From contig CM052845.1 in assembly GCA_028534125.1 (NCBI GenBank), forward strand, positions 24,118,001 through 24,182,000: 64,000 nucleotides of DNA. The letters run 5' to 3'. Positions within the stretch are counted from its first letter, which is position 1. Every line of letters begins with the position of its first letter. The notes under the pieces are model-generated. The model worked only from the letters and a program-made list of their open reading frames with translations. It was not told where the DNA came from and did not search any database. Below are positions 52,701-61,700 of the stretch, piece after piece. The position numbers and the translations under genes are program-made. The DNA comes from Lama glama. Lineage: Eukaryota.

Positions 52701-55700
52701 CCCACTTGAGGGCAGCATGAAAGCCCCTGGACCGACCCCGCCTGAGGCTCCCAGCGTCCGGGGACGCGTGTTCTCCCCAGAAAGGACGATGACGCAGGAA
52801 CTGCAAACCCCTATCCCCCAGGGGTGGGCTCCTCCACCTCCCCCGTCTGTCTCACGGAAGTCAAAGCTGTGAACTGTCTTCCCACCAACTTCCCCCAGAA
52901 CTTCACAGACAAGAGGGGTGGGGAGGGGCTGAAGTCTGTGGGGCCCCTACTAAGCGCTGGCGCTCTGCCCGTGTCTCACGTCGGCTACTTTGTGTGAAAG
53001 GCTCAAGAGCCTGGCGAGACAGTGCCAGGACCCCGCTAACGCGGTGGGACAGTCGACCCTTTAAGAAGTGGGTAAACACGGTCCACAAAACCCCCAAATC
53101 TGCAGCTTTCTGCTGCTTCTCCAAGAGTAAGCATCACGGACACAACGGACAAATACAAATACAGGGAAAGCAAAGTTACTCAAGCCTCGAACTGGGACCC
53201 GGCCGGGAGCTACCTAACACATTAGCGCCGACGGGCTGGCCCAGTGACCCGTCAGCACCTGGCGCTCAGCGGAAGGGACCGGGCTTGGGAGAAGCAGCCT
53301 CATAGACTGCACCCTGAGCCTTCTTCCGTCAAACACAAATGGACGTGTACATGCCCACGTGCACACACTCGGAGGAGAGGGCCCACAGAGCCCCCCCCAG
53401 AACACGCAGACCCACTGGCCTCCCGCAGCGGCCCCCAGGGCATGGCGCGCCCAGTGCGGGCTGTGCGGGGACGTTAGACCCCCCGGTGGTGGTTACTTTA
53501 ATCCCAGTCTTCTTGCCCGTCTCTCCTGCAAATGCTCTACTTCGTACAAAATATAGTGGAACGTGTACAAATATGAGTAAGCGCACAGTGTGTACGGGGG
53601 GGCTCCTGCGTCTCTGTCGCCTGCTGGTGCAGGGTGGGCTCCAGGAAGCCTGGCCGGGGGGCACCGGGCAGCAGACACAGCAGGAGGCTGGGCAGCAGGA
53701 CTTGGCCGATGCCGAGGAGATGGAGCCCAACTGAAAATTCCGTCCACCGGTCACTTGGAGACCCTCATGCCTGACCACCGCCCGGAGGGCTCCAATCTTT
53801 CTCTCCTTCCCAAGGCCACACTCAGGAACGTGTGTCGGCAGCCCGCAGAGTCTAATTCGAGCCTTTACCGCGTGCTCTCGGAAACTGCAAGCAAGTGCTT
53901 AAGGGGCAAAGGGATTTATTTTCTGTTTGGACAGGATCCCAGAACAGACAGAGACGGTCTCCTCTGGTCTCAGTTCTTACCAGCTTCCATGGGGCCCTTT
54001 GGCATCCCAAAGCAACTATCTGAAGTGCCCAAAAACAGCTCCACGGGAGAAATTAGTAACACTTCATCTATTTTAAAGAGGGACAGACAGAGGTCTAAGT
54101 GGCCGAGGAATTTCTCCTGGGTAGTCAGGCCCCCCTGTCCTCAGACTCTCGGCAGTGCTGACACGGGATTTAAAATTTAACTCAAAGTAGAATTTGAATA
54201 TCAAAGTCTAAAAATAACGTGCAAGAAGAGGTTCGGCCTGGAGCCCTCTGGCGAGGAGAGGGGCTGGTGGTAATGGGACAAAGCACAAGACGGAGCGCTC
54301 CAGACACCTTCACACAGGCACAAAGCAGCATTACAATTCTTTGCGGAAATCGAAGTCAGGCCGTGAGTCCCAGGAGAAAATCTTATGAGCGTATAAAATA
54401 GTGTCAAGTGCAGCCTCAATTCGACCAGCACGGAAGGGAACTAAGTTTCCTGTTCGGCGCTTCAGGAATTCGGTGACAGCCGCCAAGGAATATTCATAGG
54501 AATAAATGTCACTCTTGTAACCGAAGGAAGAGTGGCGGCTGAGCCGGCGGAGGAGGGAGCCAGCGCGTTCCCCAGCACTCAGCCGGCCCGGATCGGATGA
54601 TGGAAACTCAGCAGTCTGGAATGAACAGCTGAGGTCGGCTGTAATTTGTGGGCTCCCCCGGGCTCTTTTTCTGAAAAATGCCCACATTTCATCTGCTCAG
54701 AGCGTCCCAACGCGGGTCAGCCTACTGGGAGAAAAGCTGGCCTGGGAAAGTTCCTCTCCCAGGTTCCTCGGATACTTGCGAGACTGCGCAAACGCCGAGC
54801 ACATCGGAGGAGGAAGGAGACCCCTCCTGCCGTCTCTGTCTCCTGGGGCCTCGCTGGTTCAAAGCCCCTGCCATTCCCAACAGAGACGGAGAAGCTGCCA
54901 ACACTAGTGTGAACGGGACCTTTCACGCTTGAGAAAAGGAATTCGTTTCGCTTTCTAAAACAGTAACTAAAACGCAGCTTGAAAACAAACCAGTTGCTAC
55001 CTCAAACTTACCCTAAGTAGCCACAGGGCGGCCCAAGTTGCTTAGAAAAGGGCCACCCGGTCCCCAGATAAAGACACTCCTCCAAGTGAAGGCAGACTCT
55101 CCCTAGCTGGCATGGCTACCTGCCTGTGGAAGCTTCTGGGAAGTCTGGAAATCAAGCGAGAGTGGGCTGCCCAGCTGCCCCCCCCAACCCTCTGCCGTCC
55201 TCGTCCCGGCGGAAGCAGGAGCCCGAAGCTGACACCCACATCCAGTCCCTCAGCAAAGCCTCCGGCTCCACGCAAAGCCGGCCCATGCCCAGCCCCCGCT
55301 CCCCACACCCCCGGTCCAAGCCCCCCGTCTCTCTCGAATTCAGCCAGGCTGTCCGACACTCGGCCCTTCCACCCACCCGCAGTCAGAGTGACCCTCCTGA
55401 AGCTCAGTCAGGTCTCCCCCTTCCCGCCTCTGCGGTCTCCCCGTGGCCCCCGAGGAGCGGCCGACGTCCTGGCGACGGCTGCAGGCAGGGGCTCCTCGCG
55501 GTCCGTGAGACACCTGTGCCCTCCTGTCCCCCAGGCCCCCCGCTGCGGTCCTGGGGCCCGAACCTCCTCCCCGCACCTCCCTGTCCCCCCACGCTCCCCA
55601 TGAGCCCTGCCCCGAGACAGCTTCCCCACGAGGGCCTGCCCGGCCCCGAAGCACCACACCCGCCCCGGCCCCCGCCCGGTAGCAGCGCTCACCCCCTCTG

Positions 55701-58700
55701 ACCCACTGTGGCTCACTGACACTCGCCGTCGGACACGGGGAGGAACCCGAGGTTGTTTCACTCGCCTGTATGTACTACATGTTTCCAATTTGTCATGAGA
55801 AAAAACCAGACATTAGATTTCCTGGAAGAGTCGGCTCAGTGATTGCTGCCCAAACCTGGCGGGGACGCGGCAGGCTGCTGACCAGGGCCGTCTCTGCCTC
55901 TCCCTGCGCCCTCACACCTGGACACCCTTGTCCTTCCTCCCACCCTTTGTCCTTTCGTCCCCTCTTTGTTCCTGGAGCAGCCTGGGCAGAGCAGAGTCCA
56001 CATCCCTCGGGCCTGACACCCAGGTCACTAGCGTTGTGTCCACCGCCCGTCTCATTAGCTGGGAAACGCCACGACGTCGCGCAGGACACAGACGTGGGGC
56101 CCCCTGTTGTGTGTGGAGGGAGGAGCATGTGGGCAGGTGCTGGGGGTGCACGGCCGAGTCCCAGCTCTCACCTGTTGATCTCCAGCGTGTGGACCCCATA
56201 CTTGCTCTCGATACTGTACTTCCCCGGCTCCCCCGCCTGGCAGATCAGGCTGCCGTCTTTATACCTGAATGAGGGAAGCACTGCTCTGAGCATACAGGCA
56301 GACAGGGCCCAGGCAGGTGTCCCCTCATCGCCCCAGCGCGTCATGGCCCTGCCTCTGCCAGCGTCACCTCCCAGATCACAGCTCAGAGGCCCGGGGCCCA
56401 GCTCAGCTGTTAGGGACAGAGCGGCTCCGGCAAGATGCAGACCCCTGGGCAATCCTGAACTCCGACGGAGCCTGGGCCAGCGGTCCCCCTGAACCTGTTA
56501 GGAACCAAGGTCATGTCCTTCCATAGAAAAAATGGAGCCAATGTCGGGGAGGCCCTGGGGCAGCCTCCCGAGGCCACAGCGGAGCTGCGACGCGTGTGGA
56601 GGGTTCTGTGGGACCCAACCCCACCGGATCCTGCCTGGAGGATGCTGCCCTCGCCGTCCCCCAGGGCAGCAGGACTGCAGCTCCCCAAAACCAAGGCCGA
56701 GCGGCTCTCGGCCTCCCCAGCCCACCGCCTGCGTGGCCAGAGGAACAGGGCTCTGCTCTTCTGCTCTGCCCCGTGCGGGACACGGGCGGCACGGCTGTGG
56801 GTCTGCGGCGAACGGCAGACTCCGGCAGCACTCCCATCGAGTGGGAGAACACAGGGACGGGGTGTCAGCTTGAGAAGCACATGCTGAAACGGAAGTGTCA
56901 GTGGGGCTCAGAGATTCAATTTTTCAACATCACGCGACTGGAGGGACCCTCGCTCCGTGGTCTGGAGCCTCGGAGCTTGGAGCCTCCCTTACGAGTCTGC
57001 ACAGGCGTGAAAGCAGTGCCACCGGTGGAAACGCTGGTCACGTCAGGGAGCCTGGCTGTAAACAAAAGTCCTCTGGAAGCTCAGCTGGGTCAGGTTCCCA
57101 AAAATGAAAGCACTTGCCCAGGATTTCCAGTGTCCACCCCACCCCCACCCCAGCCTGCTCCTAGGCCTGTGCATGCGTTTCCCAGAGTTTCAAGCACGCT
57201 GGTGGGTGGAATGGGTGTCACGTGCCATGTGTCCCCGGCGGGTGGACCTTCTCCATCAGCTCAGGTGAGCCGCCCGCTGCAGAGGAACCCCCTCCCAAAG
57301 GGACCCCACTCACCACTGCACCACAGGAGTGGGGAAGCCCTGCACCGTGAAACACAGCTTGACGGGCATCCGCTCCCACACGGTGTGTGACCTCAGCCGC
57401 ACCAGGATCTCGGGCGCTCGACTCAGCCGCTCCTCGTACGAGGGCCTCTCCCAGGCCAGCCTGTCGTCCACCTGTCCCGGGAGGCGAGCGGTCGGGCGTG
57501 CGGAGGGCGCCAGGCTCCCGCCGTCAGGTGTCCCCCAGGCAGCCCCGAGCCCCTACCATGTGCTGCAGGGCGAATCTGTCCAGCTTGTCCTGAGCGTGGG
57601 AGCGAGCCAGGTGCACGTCCTCCTCCAGCTGAGCCAGCTCTCGGAGGAAGCGCTCCCGCTTGGCCTCCCCGTAGGCGGCCACCAGCGACTGGTACCTGCG
57701 GAACCAAGCAGCCACGTCAGTCCCGGGCCACGGGCCACGGGCACATGGTCACAGAAGGCCTGGGACCAGACACGCGCTCCCCCAGGACTTCCCTACGTGG
57801 GCACGACTTCTGTTCTCGTGGCCTCTGTCTTTCCAGAGCCGCACGTTGGCAAGCGTGTTAAATCCGCATGTGAAGGGCTATAAGGAAAAGCGGGTGCAAG
57901 ACTGGTGGCCAGACATCCGCCCGCCTTCCTCCTGCAGAGGCTGCAGCCTCGCCACCAGCACCCACCGGGCGCTCACTCCCGGGCGTGGGCGTTGGAAGTG
58001 GCCCTGCGTGGGGCGCGGGTCCCCATGGCTACGGCAGGCACAGGGCGCCGTCCCACAGCGAGTCCGCGGCCCCTGAAGCCAGACCACTCCTCTCCCCTTG
58101 TGCACGAGGCAGCTCGCGCCCAGCAGGTGCTCAGCGCAGACTACGCTTCGCTGTGAGTCGCCGAGCCCTCCAGGACTCGGCCTCCCTGTTTGTAAAGCAA
58201 GGAGGCGGCTGCCTTCAGAGCTTGAGGCTCGGGGGTGGGGTCCTGGGGGCAGAGGCTGCTGGCGGTCAGTTCCCACATCTGAGACTTCAGGGAACGCCGG
58301 GCCCCGTGGGCGGGCTGCCTCTGCGGGACAGCAAACAGAACCACTTGTGTGGGGAGGTTGCCAAAGACTGAATTGAAGCCCTTTGAATGAACAGATGCAG
58401 ATAAGAAGTAAGTCTGTGTTCTAGAAAAATAAAAAGGCTGAAATACACAACTCAGCTTCTAACCTGCGGGGCCAGAGAAATGGGGGCCACCTCTGGAGCC
58501 CCGCGGGCCTCACCCCGGCCCAGCGCTGCCTCCGCGCTCCAGGCCGGCCGGCTCCCCTCTTCCCCACTGCGTTCCCGAGGTCCCCGCGAAGCCAGAGGCT
58601 TGCTGTTGCAGGGGCTGTGTGGGGAGGGAAGGCGGCTGAACAGTGTGCAGGCGGCAGAGCCGGGAGCAGGGGAGCTGCGTGGAGGAGAACCGGCTCCTGC

Positions 58701-61700
58701 GAGTTTTAGGCACCGGTGCCCGTCACAGGTCACCCATCACACCAGCTGCAACCCCTTCCCCGTCCGGGGCCACACACACAGGAGCTGCTCTGCGAGTCCG
58801 CGTCGGAGGAGCAGTGAGCGCCGTCCTCAGAGGGCTTGCCGGAAACGAGCCCCCCTATTTGCAGGGAATCCCACGAACTTCCAGTGACAGCAAAGGCAAA
58901 CCTCTGTTCGTGCCACAAACTGTCACAAGAAGCCGAAAGGCCCGAAGTCCCACCGGGAACTTGTGCAAGGTTCCTACGTGTGTTGGACTCGCCAGCAGCA
59001 TCACCCCCCCCCAATGTTTTATACTAACTACTAGGCCTGGAGTTGCTTCCCCCGACCCAGCCCCGAGCCCCGTGACCCGGACACGGAGGACGTGTCCCTG
59101 CTGGCCTGGGGTGAGGTCTCATGGCTCCGGCCTCTCGTGCAGAATGTCACTCATCCTGCATCCGCCCTCATCGCGAGCCCCTCGGACAGCTGCACCGGGC
59201 TGGGAGGCCCACTTTCCACAGGACACAAGTAGGGGCATCAAAGGGACATTTCTAATCCGCCGTGTCTGCCAGGAGGACACGCCAAGACCCTTCAGAGCAC
59301 AGCGATGCTCTGCTGGAGTTTACATGAAGACACAAGCTTAGCTCACACTCATGATCCCAGACCTTCATCCTCTCAAAGGACTGACCTGTCCTGCGAGTGA
59401 AACCAGGACCTGGCACAGGAGGTCGGTCACGCCCAGGGCCAGCAAGGGCGGTGAACCGTCACGACAAGGACTGGGGCTCACTTAACGGCTCCCATCACCC
59501 TGGCCCGGGCCAGGAACAGAGCAGGAATTGCAATAAAATCTCCATTAACCCTGGCCCCGCTCACCGAAACCCACAATTACTTAGATTTACTTTTAAAGGA
59601 GGAAAGACCTAATTTCAGTAAGATCGTTCACAGGGAAGACGTGCACACGGCTGTGAGAACAGAACATCGTGAGGCCCTGCAGTGCAGACTCTCAGAGCAC
59701 GGATGCTGGGCTCCGGGGAGAGCAGCACACGCCGACCCCCGCCGCCGCGCCTGCCCCGACGGCCTGCCGTCTGCCCTGAGCGGAGGGACACAGCGAGATC
59801 CCGGTCAGTCACCAGTCATCAATATACGTTCTCGAGCCAGGTTTGCTGTTGCGGGAGAGCAGCTTCGCATGTTCCCGGAAGGTTTCCAACAGCCAGGATT
59901 GTCCAGAAACTTTTTTTTTTTGGCTGAAACCACACAAATCACAATAACCCACTTCCTGATCGCTCAAATTAATACAAGTTTACTTCCCGCACTTCACCCC
60001 AGGAAACTGAGGGCGAAGACGTTTATACAACGAGCTCACACCAAGGTATAATGGATGAAGACAAAGTTATGGAGCTCTAGCCTTCCCACTCCCCAGGCCG
60101 AAGTCCTCAGAAGAGGGAGGACCCTCTCCTGACCCAACGCCTGGAAACCCAGACTTCCTAACGTGCACATTTTGCAGTGACTCTCACAAAAGAAGTCTGC
60201 ATCTGGCTGTAAAATCAGCTTACAGGACAAAGTGCCCACAAGGCAGCTAATAGAGCGTTCAGACTTTTAAAAGCACAGGCTAGTCTCTCCGGCGAGCTGG
60301 TATCTTTATTAAGCAGCTTCCTTACTCATAGTGCAACTTTCAAACTGGAACTTGTTTACCCAAATCTCATTCTTCCTTCTGGTTTGGGGCGTTTTATTGA
60401 AATAGAGACAAATTTCTAGAAATAAATATCAGAGGGAGGTAAGGAAAAAACTGCAGGTACAAAGTGAAGCATTCACAAGATGATTAACTGCTTTGTTCTT
60501 AAAAGGCCTGAGGGCGGGGGCCACCTGTCTCTCTAGGAGCTGGAAACAATCCCAGGACCGGTGTCCCTGCTCCTCCACCTCACCCCTGTGACGCGCCCCC
60601 GTGAGCCGAGTCCATTGAGCCGCGGAGCACGAGGGGGGCAGGGCCCTGCCGCTCCGTCTGCGCCCGGACCACTGGCCCCTGTCTGGACCCCCTGCCGGCG
60701 CCTAAAGCTCAGGGCTGCTCCTCAGCCACCGAAGAGGCTGTGAGAGGACATTCAGAAGCCTCAGTTCCCGCCCCTGGGTCTTGATGCTTCTGAGCGTGAC
60801 AACCTTGATCTCTGGGGAAAGGTAGCGAGTCTGGGGGCCGAGGGACAGCGGCCTGAGGCCAAAGTCCAGCTGCGACACGGAGGCCATGGATGTGAGTCCT
60901 CTGGGTCCAGAGTCGTCTCCACATGAGGATGCAGAAGTCCATCCCACCTGCTCTCCAGTTGGGGTTGGTCGAGATGGAGATGGTGGCAAAGTGATTGCAT
61001 GTGGTCACCGCAGCAGGTGCTCCCCTCCCTGCTCGCTCACGGCCCCCTTCTTCCTCCGACCCGCAGAGCCCCTCCCAGATCCCCGGGCAGTGTGTCTGGG
61101 CGACAGCTGTGGGGGGTGGGGGGTTACCTCCTCTTAGTCTCCTGCGCCTCCTCCTCCTCCAGGGCGGCGCTCACCCTCTTCGCACAGATCCTGCAGGTCG
61201 TCGCTCCTTCCGCCGTCTGGCTGGATGCTCTCTGGGAAGACGACTTCTGGGCGACAGTCTTCTGGGAGGACGACCGGGTGGACGTACGCCTTGGGGAACG
61301 GTGACAAACTGCACGTGTTAGGGAAGTACAGAAATGTGCCGCCACAAACCACGGCACTGTCCCTCCTTGCACAGGTCAGGCATCTGCACACTCAGGCAGG
61401 CAGGCACATGTGTGTGCTTCCCATCCACGTGAACACAGTGCACACACACCCTCGTCTGCCCACACGCTCAGCCTGCACATGTGAGAACACACGCCTCCAC
61501 TCAGGCACACGCAGGCACACGTGCCGTACACACACGCATGCACCCCCCACATCCCTGTGCGTGGCCTCCACCCCCGTGTGCACAGCCCGCCCCTCCGAGG
61601 GGCGCTCTTCCAGCCCAAGCTGCCCGCCACCCCCTTCAGGACCAGCAAGTGCCTTCAGCTCTGTTGGCCCGAGGCCACGGTTATATATATCTGAAGGGAT

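Noticed and set aside
51865-52872. 335-aa plus-strand ORF, and similar long ORFs at 24344-25135, 56596-57390, 55770-56492, 32372-33100 and 28060-28887
   Set aside because: Pro/Gly/Arg/Ala-rich with no recognisable domain. They overlap MYOM2 exons in antisense or another frame, or run through repeats, as expected by chance in GC-rich DNA.
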